A DNA stretch of 28,055 nt from a virus (IMGVR_UViG_3300029859_000151), one strand, 5' to 3'; shown: positions 1-8,665, counted from the stretch's first letter. Notes: generated by a model not told the origin, from the letters alone. Numbers and translations are program-made.

Positions 1-1
1 C

Positions 2-226
2 ATCGTCATCGAGCACAACCTGGATCTCATCAAGTGTGCGGACCACATCATTGACCTTGGCCCTGAAGGCGGCAGCGCCGGCGGCCTGGTGATTGCCGAG
101 GGTACGCCCGAGCAGGTGGCCGAGGTGCCCGGCAGCTTTACCGGCCAGTACCTCAAGCCCCTACTGGAAAAGGACAGACAGCTGCGGGCCGCGGAAGCGG
201 AAACTGGCGTAAAAGCAAAAAAGTAA
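2..226 (+). CDS. uvrA: Excinuclease ABC subunit A, C-terminal fragment (5' end outside window)
   Basis: Frame from position 2 reads [40 protein letters not shown]...TGQYLKPLL...AKK*, the characteristic UvrA C-terminal EH..D..DLGPEGG..GG motif; stop TAA at 224-226. Confidence 0.95.
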   Translation: MVIEHNLDLIKCADHIIDLGPEGGSAGGLVIAEGTPEQVAEVPGSFTGQYLKPLLEKDRQLRAAEAETGVKAKK

Positions 227-291
227 AGCGGCGCTCATACGACGAAAATCATACTTTTCTTGAAAAAATCAGAAAAAGATGCAGAAAAGTG

Positions 292-320
292 TTGACAAAA
301 CCCGGAAAGATGCGTATAAT
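292..320 (+). promoter_or_regulatory. SigmaA/sigma70 promoter of the tRNA gene
   Basis: TTGACA (292-297), 17-bp spacer, TATAAT (315-320): perfect consensus, 45 nt upstream of the tRNA. Confidence 0.9.
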
Positions 321-364
321 ATCTTTTGTCGCCAATGCTTCGGTAGGGAGGCAGAGGACGATAT

Positions 365-442
365 CCGGGTGTAGCGCAGTTTTGGTAGCGCGCTTGAATG
401 GGGTTCAAGAGGCCGTGAGTTCGATTCTCGCCACTCGGACCA
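365..442 (+). tRNA. tRNA-Pro(GGG)
   Basis: Acceptor stem CCGGGTG/CACTCGG, anticodon stem CTTGA/TCAAG around loop ATGGGGT (anticodon GGG), T-loop GTTCGATT, encoded CCA at 440-442. Confidence 0.95.
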
Positions 443-443
443 T

Positions 444-483
444 AAATCCAACGATTTCACGTTAGAAATCGTTGGATTTTTTT
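444..483 (+). terminator. Intrinsic terminator downstream of the tRNA
   Basis: 15-bp perfect inverted repeat AAATCCAACGATTTC/GAAATCGTTGGATTT followed by a T-run. Confidence 0.85.
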
Positions 484-506
484 GTTTATAGGCTGGCCTC
501 ATTTGG

Positions 507-530
507 TTTTGACCACAATTTTGACCACAA
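507..530. repeat. Tandem 12-bp repeat, probable integrase arm-type binding sites
   Basis: TTTTGACCACAA at 507-518 and 519-530, between the tRNA and the integrase stop codon. The function is inferred from position. Confidence 0.65.
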
Positions 531-576
531 TGCCAAAGATTTTATCTGGTCTAATTAGTGCCGTTCCGTCCAATTT

Positions 577-1674
577 TCAGGCCGAAAATGCCTCGCTGAA
601 CAACTGGATCGCACTCTGCCGAATGGATTCCTGAACATGGAGATAATGCTCAGTCATCTCGGTATCGGCATGGCCTACGATGCTCTGGATGGTCTGAATA
701 TCCACGCCCAACGCCTGCATCTGCGACACATAGGTGTGGCGGCAGCTGTGCGGCGTGAGCAAGCGGACATCGCCCGCTTCTTCCAGAGATTTGCGGAATA
801 CATCCCGGAAATGGGTGGGATTGCAGGGCAAGCCGGTCTTGGGGCTTTCCCAGATGAACTGATCGGTGGTATCCCGCAGCTTGATGGCACACGGGCGGAC
901 ATTCAGCGGCACCGGAATATCCCGGATACTGTCTTTGGATTTCGGACTGCCGATGCTGACTGTACCTTTTACGACCTTTACTGCCTGCCGGATGTGAATG
1001 ACAGAGCCATCTTCTTCAATAAACTGCGGCTCCAAAGCCAGAAGTTCCTGCATTCTCATTCCAGTGCCGAGCAAAAGCCGAATGCTCAAGCCCATGCGGT
1101 CATCGGGCAGCACCTTCATCAGGTGTGCGACTTCCGCTGTGGTAAAGGCTTCCTTGCGTTTTGCGGTGCCGGATGCCCGCATCTTTTCAGCAAGCCGGAC
1201 CGGGTTGCGGCGCACAAGGTCATTGGCTTCTGCCTTTTGAAAGATCTGGTAGAGCATCCCTCGTGCCTTGCTGATGTAAGAATCCGAGCGGCCATCGCGC
1301 CGCATCCCTTTCAGGAAGTTTTCAATGTCGATCGGGCGTATGACGGTCAAGGGGCGATGATAAAATCCCTCTTTGAGCATTTTCAGGCAGTATTTGTAGC
1401 TTTCCTGTGTCGTGGGAGCGATATTATCCTTGTGACCCTCGAACCATGTATCTGCCCAATCCTCGAAGTACAGAATCGTGTCCAGCTGGACACCGCTGAT
1501 AAGCGCATCCTGATACTCTTTCAGTTTGAGCTTGACCTCCTTCTGAGTCTTGCCATAGAAGGTCTTGAAGCGCGGCGAACCATCTTTCTGGTAGCCGTCC
1601 ATCATACGTAATTCCCAGCGACCATCGCTGCGGTGGCGAAGCGTACCCTCGCCGTGTGAACGTTTGCTTGGCAT
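577..1674 (-). CDS. int: Tyrosine recombinase/integrase
   Basis: N-terminal GEGT..R.DGRW arm-binding region; catalytic motifs TGMR (R), PKS (K), HSCRH (HxxR), VGH and HY (Y); RBS GGAGG upstream. Confidence 0.95.
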   Translation of the reverse strand: MPSKRSHGEGTLRHRSDGRWELRMMDGYQKDGSPRFKTFYGKTQKEVKLKLKEYQDALISGVQLDTILYFEDWADTWFEGHKDNIAPTTQESYKYCLKMLKEGFYHRPLTVIRPIDIENFLKGMRRDGRSDSYISKARGMLYQIFQKAEANDLVRRNPVRLAEKMRASGTAKRKEAFTTAEVAHLMKVLPDDRMGLSIRLLLGTGMRMQELLALEPQFIEEDGSVIHIRQAVKVVKGTVSIGSPKSKDSIRDIPVPLNVRPCAIKLRDTTDQFIWESPKTGLPCNPTHFRDVFRKSLEEAGDVRLLTPHSCRHTYVSQMQALGVDIQTIQSIVGHADTEMTEHYLHVQESIRQSAIQLFSEAFSA

Positions 1675-1749
1675 ATTGCCTCCTTCCTGATGTCAAGTCG
1701 TTTCGGGAATAGTATAGAAAAAGAAACCTCTTGAATCAAGGATGTCAGA

Positions 1750-1950
1750 TCATCCATTTACGCTATCCGTGATCCACTGAAGAAAACGGTCTTTGGGTAC
1801 GACCATCCGCTTACCGATGTGGAGCGTGGGAAAGCCGTCCGAACGGAGCAGGATGTAAGCGTTGGCGCGGGAGATGCCCAGCGCAGCAGCGACATGATCG
1901 GCTGTCAGGGTGATGGGAAGCTGCTCATACGAAGTGAACTGAGAGCGCAT
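1750..1950 (-). CDS. xis: Excisionase-like HTH protein
   Basis: 66 aa from the ATG at 1950 (RBS GAGG): LPITLTADHVAAALGISRANAY...FPTLHIGKRMVVPKDRFLQW, HTH_17-type pattern, directly upstream of int. Confidence 0.85.
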   Translation of the reverse strand: MRSQFTSYEQLPITLTADHVAAALGISRANAYILLRSDGFPTLHIGKRMVVPKDRFLQWITDSVNG

Positions 1951-2021
1951 AGAATACCTCTTTTCTCTATATGTTGTGCTAAGTGAATACAGTAACACTA
2001 TATATTGCACTTTGATATGTA

Positions 2022-2056
2022 ACAAGGGGCATCTGCGGTTTGCGGATGCCCCTTGT
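2022..2056. terminator. Strong hairpin between the ParB-like gene and xis
   Basis: 12-bp perfect stem ACAAGGGGCATC/GATGCCCCTTGT; U-tract is weak. Confidence 0.6.
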
Positions 2057-2082
2057 GTATATGGGAGGAATGCCTGTGAATG

Positions 2083-2895
2083 TCAGAATTTCATCGGCAG
2101 CGCGTCTTTTCTGCACTTGCCGTTGTAGGCGGTGTAGATGGGGAAAACGTATTTTTTCCATCCGCGCAGCTTTGCGGGGTCGTCCTGCCCGATGCGGTAA
2201 ATATCGACCGGGTGGATGTTGCGCAGTGCACGGAGCAGCCGTTCTTCACTGAACTCGCCGTGGTACAGCTCCACAAAGTGCATCATGCCTTTCAGAACAG
2301 ATGCCCGGAACGAATCGGGCTTGCCCTCCCATGCTGCCACGATCAGCCGCATCGTTTCACAGTAGAGCGGTTCGCCCATCTGCTTGTAGAGTCGGAAAGC
2401 CGTACCAACGCAGCCGATGCGGTAATCGGTCAGCTGCTGGCTGTCATAATTGAGACTCAACCCCACCCGGTTGGTGGCTGCGAGGAAAGCCTTGGAAATA
2501 GCATCGCCGCCTACGACCTTGGCGCGGAGCTTGATGCCAGCAGTCAGCGGAGCGGAAAAGCCGTTCTGTTCGGCAAAGAGCAGGGCTTCCTGCTCCACGG
2601 TCATGCCCGTGTACACCTTGCAGAGAATCGGCAGATCCTTGCCGCCGTTGCGGAGGATGCGCCCCTCGATGGTGTGCTGCCCATCCGTTACGATGAACTG
2701 ACCGTTGCGGAAACTGACCTTCGGCTCATTTGCCACATATTCGTTGAAGTGGGCGGCAATCAGTTCCACACGCTTGCGCTCCACACCGCGCTGATACAGT
2801 TCGCGGGGGTAGACCAGCTTGCTGCTGTGGATGACCATGAGCTGGTACGGCGGGTTGACATGGATGAAGGGATTGGTGTTGTCTTTCAGGCGCAT
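2083..2895 (-). CDS. ParB/Srx-like N-terminal domain protein (DUF6551-type)
   Basis: YQR...P.VS.R.G...V.DGQHT motif set of the ParB-N/DGQHR-like fold; start overlaps the upstream gene's stop. Family name is recalled, not searched. Confidence 0.7.
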   Translation of the reverse strand: MRLKDNTNPFIHVNPPYQLMVIHSSKLVYPRELYQRGVERKRVELIAAHFNEYVANEPKVSFRNGQFIVTDGQHTIEGRILRNGGKDLPILCKVYTGMTVEQEALLFAEQNGFSAPLTAGIKLRAKVVGGDAISKAFLAATNRVGLSLNYDSQQLTDYRIGCVGTAFRLYKQMGEPLYCETMRLIVAAWEGKPDSFRASVLKGMMHFVELYHGEFSEERLLRALRNIHPVDIYRIGQDDPAKLRGWKKYVFPIYTAYNGKCRKDALPMKF

Positions 2896-3560
2896 CGCAT
2901 TTCCTCCTTGATTCTCCAGATGTACGTTTCGGCTTCTTTCAGGATTTCAGCAACCTGCTGCTTACGCTTCGGGATGGTGAGCAGACTTGGGTTGAATGTG
3001 AAGCTGTATTCCAGCCGCTGGATCATTGCGTGTACCGCAGCTTCCAGTTCGGTGTACAGCATCATGTCCTCGACACTCCCAGCATCCTCAAAGGATGATT
3101 TGATGGGCGTGTAGGGATAGAGGGGCGGCTTGCCGTCAACCACCTCAGGCGGCGCGTAAGCCGCCGTAGAGCGGATGATGGGTGGAAGCCGCTGAATGCT
3201 CCCCATCGGGTTCAGGGCAAGGCTGGCACGGACGGCATCATCCACCCGGTTCATTTCCTCCGGAGTGAGGTGTCCGAGGAATTTCAGCACCCTGCTTTTG
3301 TCTATGGTAAAGATCTGCTCTGCCTGAACGATGGACGGAACGGAGAGAAAATCGTTCACCAGCAGGCAGTGGGTCGGCTGGGTATACTTTTTTGCAGACT
3401 TGCTTGTCAATGTGGCCACGATCAGCGTGGGCGAGTAAAAATTTCCCACATCGTTCTGGAGAACGACTGCGGGACGATTCCCGCTTTGCTCTGAACCGAT
3501 GGCGTTGTCGAAACGGGTGAAGAAAATGTCTCCACGCTGGAATTTCCAGTTTTGAATCAA
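2886..3560 (-). CDS. PemK/MazF-family protein with ~110-aa C-terminal extension
   Basis: RGDIF...GSEQSGNRPAVVLQND.GN.YSPT.IVA.LTS...EQI.TIDK.R...G.L signature; TTG start with RBS AAGGAGG. Confidence 0.85.
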   Translation of the reverse strand: MIQNWKFQRGDIFFTRFDNAIGSEQSGNRPAVVLQNDVGNFYSPTLIVATLTSKSAKKYTQPTHCLLVNDFLSVPSIVQAEQIFTIDKSRVLKFLGHLTPEEMNRVDDAVRASLALNPMGSIQRLPPIIRSTAAYAPPEVVDGKPPLYPYTPIKSSFEDAGSVEDMMLYTELEAAVHAMIQRLEYSFTFNPSLLTIPKRKQQVAEILKEAETYIWRIKEEMRCA

Positions 3561-3628
3561 AAGCTGCCCTCCTTTTACAATATGTACACCGCCCGCTGCA
3601 CCTCCTTGGCAGTGTGCGGTGTGTTTGT

Positions 3629-3856
3629 TCAGCGGTTCATCACAACGTAGTCATGACCGCGCCGGGTCTGGCAGACAGTGCAAGTGTCCATGCTCCGGTC
3701 TGCGCTGGGAACAATGGCGATTTTGAACGCTTTGGATTCTACAAAACTGCAAAGGCAGACACCGCAGAGCGTGCGGATGGAACGGATCATTTCCGGGGTC
3801 AGTTCCATTTCCTCGTAGATCGCTTGCTCTAAGATGGTACGGTCGTTTTCGTTCAT
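3629..3856 (-). CDS. Small Cys-rich hypothetical protein (probable Zn binding)
   Basis: ATG at 3856 preceded by AGGAGG; two CxxC pairs (CGVC, CTVC). Confidence 0.7.
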   Translation of the reverse strand: MNENDRTILEQAIYEEMELTPEMIRSIRTLCGVCLCSFVESKAFKIAIVPSADRSMDTCTVCQTRRGHDYVVMNR

Positions 3857-3900
3857 AAAACCTCCTATGTAGGACGAAAATGTAGATATATGGAATAAGT

Positions 3901-4138
3901 AAAAAGAACAGACGTGGACGAAGACCGAAAACAGCATTCGGCCACGCCTGATTTAATAAGTTAAGGTCTCGCATATTCGCCCTCGGCTCCCTGCGAGTGG
4001 GGCATAAACATCTGGCAGCGGACTTGTACCGCTTCATTGGCATTTCAGCCACCCCGTCTGCTTTATGACCGGGCCGCGAATTACGGAAGTATCATTATCG
4101 GAGTACCAGATGAAGGAACTATTCAGTTTTCAAGGAAC
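3901..4138 (-). ncRNA. Candidate structured leader RNA with boxA-like site and terminator-like hairpin
   Basis: Minus strand has GTTCCTTGAAAACTGAATA (4138-4120), a long-range pair CATCTGG/CCAGATG, hairpin AGCGG/CCGCT and CAGGCGTGG...CCACGTCTG followed by TTCTTTTT (3950-3901). Confidence 0.45.
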
Positions 4139-4214
4139 GGCTGTTCGGACGTTTCACTCTGCGGCTTGTGCCGTCTGGTGAATTGCCCTTACACTTACGA
4201 GCCATCGAGAAGGG

Positions 4215-4703
4215 TCAATTCGTAGCATTAAAATTGAAGTTTTTCAAAAATTTAGTAATTCTCTTGATTTTTATACTAATAGTGGGGCGGGATACGCCGT
4301 AGACTTTAGATATTTCAGTGATGTCGTATCCCTCGTAAGCGTACATGGTGATGATTTCCAAATCCTCGACTTTCAAAGTTTCGAGTGCAGTAAGCAACTG
4401 TTCGTTCTCAATCTCACCAATCCATGCAAAACGGCTTTTGGTTTCGTGGTAGGTATCCGTTACGGTAACGGCTTTTTCATACTGCTTGAAGTCGCTGGTT
4501 TCCTTGGCTGCGCAATCATCGGCAGCACCAGAAACCGTCATTGTGTTTGTGATGTAGGCACGTTCGCTATTAAGAACACCCAAATCAAACTCGTACATAG
4601 CCTGAATTGCATCTTCGCTCATTCCTGCTTCGCGGTACTGCACACGAAGATGCTCCCACTTTGCGTTCAGCTTGCGACGTTCATTGCCATTATTGAAACT
4701 CAT
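4215..4703 (-). CDS. Sigma-70 region-4 HTH regulator
   Basis: ATG at 4703 with GGAGG; C-terminal L..AL..L...DLEII...EGYDITEISKVYGVSRPTISIKIKRI matches a sigma region 4 HTH. Confidence 0.8.
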   Translation of the reverse strand: MSFNNGNERRKLNAKWEHLRVQYREAGMSEDAIQAMYEFDLGVLNSERAYITNTMTVSGAADDCAAKETSDFKQYEKAVTVTDTYHETKSRFAWIGEIENEQLLTALETLKVEDLEIITMYAYEGYDITEISKVYGVSRPTISIKIKRITKFLKNFNFNATN

Positions 4704-4710
4704 GTGTAAC

Positions 4711-4752
4711 CTCCAAATTTTCGATAAAACGTGAAATGTCGAAAATTTGGAG
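4711..4752 (-). promoter_or_regulatory. Hairpin sequestering the RBS of the sigma-like gene
   Basis: 14-bp perfect inverted repeat CTCCAAATTTTCGA/TCGAAAATTTGGAG; on the minus strand the 3' arm contains the GGAG of the RBS. Confidence 0.65.
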
Positions 4753-5013
4753 ATGCTACGGATATTTCGCCGCTTGGGGCAGCCATGAAAAGAGGGCAAA
4801 CATAAAACCTGCTCCTTTTCGGGAGCAGGCCATCTGAAGCTATAAAAAATAGCCGGACAACAGCCGACCGAAAGATTGGAGATCTTTCAGTCAAGCTGCT
4901 GCCCGGCCATTTGGTGCTACGTTTCATACATTGCCATGTGGCAATGGCCCGTTGCTCGGTGCTAACAGTCCATATTCAGAGTGCGTTGCACCCGATTTTT
5001 ATGAAACCAATGC

Positions 5014-5178
5014 TTACTTGGCTCGAATGGAAAGGTTGAGCCATAACATTTCCCGGCAACGCCAGCATTTTATGTGGATGAATCCAGTGCAGTCGGCGGT
5101 CATTCGATAAAGTTTTAAGTTGCACTTGGGGCAAAACTGCCAGTGTTCCGTAATTGCTTTCTTCTTATGATCGAGCAT
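5014..5178 (-). CDS. Small Zn-ribbon protein (Cys-rich KTR/Com-like)
   Basis: 54 aa from the ATG at 5178 (upstream GGAGGG): W..CPKC..KL...I.IKCWRC. Confidence 0.6.
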   Translation of the reverse strand: MLDHKKKAITEHWQFCPKCNLKLYRMTADCTGFIHIKCWRCREMLWLNLSIRAK

Positions 5179-5592
5179 GACTTTCCCTCCCAAATATAAA
5201 GTTTGCTGCGGTATTATGGGAGAAACGGCGGACTGCGGCACTTTGGCTCCAAAAGCGCAAAAACGCCAGCCTCCCACAGTGGGAAGCTGGCGCAATATTG
5301 TATATCGGCATTATTATAGGTGGTGAAGTGGAACGATTGTGCCGGTGTGTTGGCATTCTGGTCTACAGCAGCAGACAGGCTTTTTTTGATGCGTTACCCC
5401 AATAAAAAATCACAGTTACCTCCACAAACGGCAACTGTGATCAGATGGCGCGTAGAATCGCCCAGACGAGTTACCGTTTTTTTATAACTCGACCGGGAAA
5501 CGCAAAAATCGGCACTATACTTCCTACTCACAGGAAATACAAGGTTATACCGCGTCATTCACCAGAACGATACAATACTATTGAGGTGAACG

Positions 5593-5952
5593 ATGATGCC
5601 GAATTCTGACTTGAAAGTACTTGGAGAAAAGGTTCGCAAGGAGCGCAAGCTGGCAGGTTTAACACAAGAACAACTTGCTGAACGCTGCCATGTTTCAACG
5701 AAGCATATCGCCAACATTGAAAAAGGCAGCATGAATCCATCTTACGAAATTCTTTTGGCAATTGCTCGTGTTTTGCCGGTTTCGCTTGATGCGCTGATTA
5801 CTCCGGGGATGGGTAAAACGGAAATAGAGTTAAAAGAGTTCAATCGAATCTATCTTTCCTGTCCAGAAGCGGTGCGAGAAGCCTTAATGGACTCGACCCG
5901 CACACTGGCAAAGCATCTGACAGAGTTTTACAGTAAGATTGAAAATCCCTGA
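5593..5952 (+). CDS. XRE-family HTH transcriptional regulator
   Basis: LGEKVRKERKLAGLTQEQLAERCHVSTKHIANIEKGSMNPS pattern; RBS GAGGTG; divergent from the sigma/xis/int operon. Confidence 0.9.
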   Translation: MMPNSDLKVLGEKVRKERKLAGLTQEQLAERCHVSTKHIANIEKGSMNPSYEILLAIARVLPVSLDALITPGMGKTEIELKEFNRIYLSCPEAVREALMDSTRTLAKHLTEFYSKIENP

Positions 5953-6039
5953 AAATGTTTTGCTTGTAGTACAGTATAGCACATTTTTCAAAGTCACTAT
6001 ACCAAAACGAACCCAAAAGCAAACCAATTTTATACCAAT

Positions 6040-6258
6040 TCAGTCGATTCCCAAGCTGATCTGAATCTCTGTTTCCAAATCATTTGCCAATGCCGTATAT
6101 AGTTCTTGTGGTGTGCGGCAAAGAATTGCATTGAAATTGATAGGGTCGCCCTCATTGAAAAGCCTTACATACCCCCAACGGCATGGAACAACATCCAAAT
6201 AGGTCGCAGACTCTAAAAAGCTATGGAAGTGAGTCAATACTTCTTCAAATGTTCGCAT
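6040..6258 (-). CDS. Hypothetical protein
   Basis: 72-aa ORF with AGGAGG RBS. Confidence 0.7.
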   Translation of the reverse strand: MRTFEEVLTHFHSFLESATYLDVVPCRWGYVRLFNEGDPINFNAILCRTPQELYTALANDLETEIQISLGID

Positions 6259-6347
6259 GGTTCGACCTCCTGAATTAAGTTATCTCTATTTTAGAATATT
6301 CTTGGTCATCTATGCAAGGATGCCGATTTTGTACAGTACAGAAAACG

Positions 6348-6398
6348 ATAAAAGCCATACCGAAGAATCCTACTAGGATCTCACGGTATGGCTTTTAT
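6348..6398 (-). terminator. Intrinsic terminator after the winged-helix gene
   Basis: Inverted repeat ATAAAAGCCATACCG/CGGTATGGCTTTTAT. Confidence 0.7.
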
Positions 6399-6829
6399 TA
6401 CAGATTGCGATTCAATCGCACCGATTCCGATGATGGGACAAATTGATATCCAATGTTGGAAACCGTTTTAATATAACGAGGGTGATCTTTGTCATCCTCT
6501 ATTTTCTGGCGGATTCGACCGATCGTGCTGGTGACGGCTCTCAAATAGCTTTCGCTGTCCTTATGCCAGACTGCTTCAAAGATCTGCTCCTTTGTAAACA
6601 GTTTGCCCGGATGCTGTGCCATCAAACTCAAAACACCGTATTCATAACGACTCATGTACACCTCTGTTCCGTGTTTGAAAACACGGTGGTGTTCCAAGTT
6701 GATTTCCAGATCGGGACGGCTCAGAGCGTCTGTGGGATTCCGCATCAAATCAAACCATTCAAAAATCGTCTGCTCTTGCGGTGGGCAGTGATCCTTCGTG
6801 ATGCGAACAACAACTTCAATTTTTTGCAT
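6398..6829 (-). CDS. OmpR/PhoB-type winged-helix protein without receiver domain
   Basis: EY.VL.LMAQHPGKLFTKEQIFEAVW...IGRIRQKIEDD..HPRYIKTV..IGYQF; only ~40 aa precede this domain. Confidence 0.85.
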   Translation of the reverse strand: MQKIEVVVRITKDHCPPQEQTIFEWFDLMRNPTDALSRPDLEINLEHHRVFKHGTEVYMSRYEYGVLSLMAQHPGKLFTKEQIFEAVWHKDSESYLRAVTSTIGRIRQKIEDDKDHPRYIKTVSNIGYQFVPSSESVRLNRNL

Positions 6830-6933
6830 ACAATAGACAATCCTCCCCCAAAGCCAAATCTATATCACTCGATATGGAAAATCGGGTGTAGCTCGCATTT
6901 CCGCATTGACCGTGCACTACGATGCCGTGTGCT

Positions 6934-7108
6934 TTAGCCGCCGTCGTTTTTGGAATCCCGAAAGTTCAGAGCTGCCATCAGGCATCCAAACGCACCCGCC
7001 CAGAGAAGGCCGGTATAGAGCCATCCTTGGAGAATGGCGAAAATCCCCCCTGCGATCAGCAGCAGGATGCCAGCCGTTAACAGCAGACGTGCCGATAACT
7101 GCTCCATC
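6934..7108 (-). CDS. Small two-TM membrane protein
   Basis: MEQLSARLLLTAGILLLIAGGIFAILQGWLYTGLLWAGAFGCLMAALNF..., two hydrophobic segments; start position approximate. Confidence 0.55.
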
Positions 7109-7315
7109 TTAGGTATCCCTTTCTGTGCGAAGATAGTGCTGCACCCGGTGGACGTTCCCGGAACGAACTGCAATGTACCACAAGGATTGAGTCACTGCCC
7201 CGGTAGGCATTGGTGTATTCAGCGGCACCAGAAGCAGTGCCGCCCGCACCTTGTAGGGAATATTGTTTTCCGCCATACGACGGCTTTTTTTCTTTTGCCG
7301 TCGTCCGGCAGAATG

Positions 7316-7777
7316 TTATTCAATATTTAATTCAATGCTTCCTGTGAAACTCTCGCATTCAATTCCGATATAATTTCCACCATCAGGAAGTGTAATTGTG
7401 TCACTATAAGTTCCGGTTGTTTCAATCAAAGTGACTGCTTTATCAGATCCAGAAATCCAAAATACTTTTGCAGTACCTTCCGTAACCTCCAAAGTGCAGT
7501 CAATAGACAGTTCCTTACCGGCTTCTCTTTTTATGGAAGTTCCTCCGAACAAATACTCTGTATCTGAAAAATCCTCATAATCAGCCGTATAAGTTCCCGT
7601 ATAATCATCGATTCCTTTTTCTTTTGTTCCTTCCAAAGATGACTTTCCTGTAAGCTCTATGGCTCCAGCCGACTGAACGATATTATTATAATGATCGAGA
7701 ATTTCATCTTTTGAACAGTCAGAAAGCATAAAACTTCCCAAAAGGACAAATGCCAATGCTAAAACTATTTTCTTCAT
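7316..7777 (-). CDS. Secreted protein or lipoprotein associated with the ABC transporter
   Basis: Signal-like MKKIVLALAFVLLGSFMLSDC (imperfect lipobox), acidic beta-rich body, directly after the permease. Confidence 0.7.
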   Translation of the reverse strand: MKKIVLALAFVLLGSFMLSDCSKDEILDHYNNIVQSAGAIELTGKSSLEGTKEKGIDDYTGTYTADYEDFSDTEYLFGGTSIKREAGKELSIDCTLEVTEGTAKVFWISGSDKAVTLIETTGTYSDTITLPDGGNYIGIECESFTGSIELNIE

Positions 7778-7784
7778 AAAATCA

Positions 7785-8564
7785 TCACCAGCCTTTCTTT
7801 GAAGCTACCTTTTTGGCCTTTTTCTTTGTTTGGGGTGCTTCTCGTTCTTTCATGCACAAAATCAAGATGGCAGAAATAACGACAGCAAGCGCAAGACTGC
7901 AAGAACAGGTTCCGATATTCCAGTTGACTGCGGTATCATAGCTGCGGTAGCCTACCATTCCAAGACTTGCGGTAATCGGATAAAGGTTTGCTAATGTCAT
8001 ATTTCCTGCGGCAAACATCCCTCCATATCCATAGACAAAAGCAATGATTACACCGACTAAAAAGCTGCCTGCCCTCCGACAAGTAAGAGCGATAATCGGC
8101 AGAACCGCAAGATATAAAAAGAAATTAACCGCAGTAATCTGCAAGGCTGCTTTTAGAGCTAAGGAAATCTCAAAGCCGGGAAATCCCACAATCATTTCTG
8201 CTATGATTGTAAACAGACTGCATATCAGCCCGAAAATAATAGACAATACGCCGCACACAATCAATTTTCCGGTCAACAGTTTCTTAAAAGAGATCGGCAC
8301 AGTCAGAATATTTTTCAATGTGTCATCCGTCTGCTCACGAGAAATCATATATCCAGCAATTAGGCTGATACACATCGGAAAAATCATGGACATATTGTTT
8401 TTGATGACCTGTTCTGTAAGATAGGCAAAATCCCAAACGGAACCATCATTCGCCATAGAGGTAAACAAGGTCAGCAGGACGGATAGGAGCATGAGTGCAA
8501 CGCCCGCCCAAAGGATATGATACCTTTTCAATTTATAAAATTCTGTTTTTACAATGCGAACCAT
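7785..8564 (-). CDS. ABC-2 type transporter permease (lantibiotic/bacitracin immunity-like)
   Basis: KTEFYKLKR start, ISREQTDDTLKNILTVPIS...LL.GKL motif, about six hydrophobic segments. Confidence 0.85.
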   Translation of the reverse strand: MVRIVKTEFYKLKRYHILWAGVALMLLSVLLTLFTSMANDGSVWDFAYLTEQVIKNNMSMIFPMCISLIAGYMISREQTDDTLKNILTVPISFKKLLTGKLIVCGVLSIIFGLICSLFTIIAEMIVGFPGFEISLALKAALQITAVNFFLYLAVLPIIALTCRRAGSFLVGVIIAFVYGYGGMFAAGNMTLANLYPITASLGMVGYRSYDTAVNWNIGTCSCSLALAVVISAILILCMKEREAPQTKKKAKKVASKKGW

Positions 8565-8566
8565 GT

Positions 8567-8665
8567 TTATTCCCCCCTCTGCTTATATAATCTGTCAATC
8601 AGTAAGAACGAAACGAATGCCATGATCCCAAGAATGAATACAACTTGAAATGTTGAAGGAATTAG
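8567..8665 (-). pseudogene. C-terminal remnant of a second ABC permease
   Basis: Minus frame reads LIPSTFQVVFILGIMAFVSFLLIDRLYKQRGE*, ending 2 nt before the next ATG; the frame meets a stop about 25 nt further upstream where composition changes. Confidence 0.6.

Larger units (their letters stand above)
443..8660 (-). mobile_element. Left arm of a tRNA-Pro-integrated integrative element (IME/ICE-like), truncated at ~8660
   Basis: Tyrosine integrase and excisionase next to the tRNA 3' end and transcribed towards it, then regulators and ABC cargo. No relaxase and no second att site seen in the window. Confidence 0.8.

Noticed and set aside
269..502. 77-aa minus-strand ORF
   Set aside because: Overlaps the tRNA, its promoter and its terminator.
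637..1611. 324-aa + strand ORF
   Set aside because: Antisense shadow of the GC-rich integrase; no RBS and no recognisable motifs.
2080..3114. 344-aa + strand ORF
   Set aside because: Antisense shadow of the ParB-like and MazF genes.
3651..4225. ORFs 3651..4052 (-) and 4037..4225 (+)
   Set aside because: No RBS, overlap with better-supported genes, and the region looks like structured non-coding RNA.
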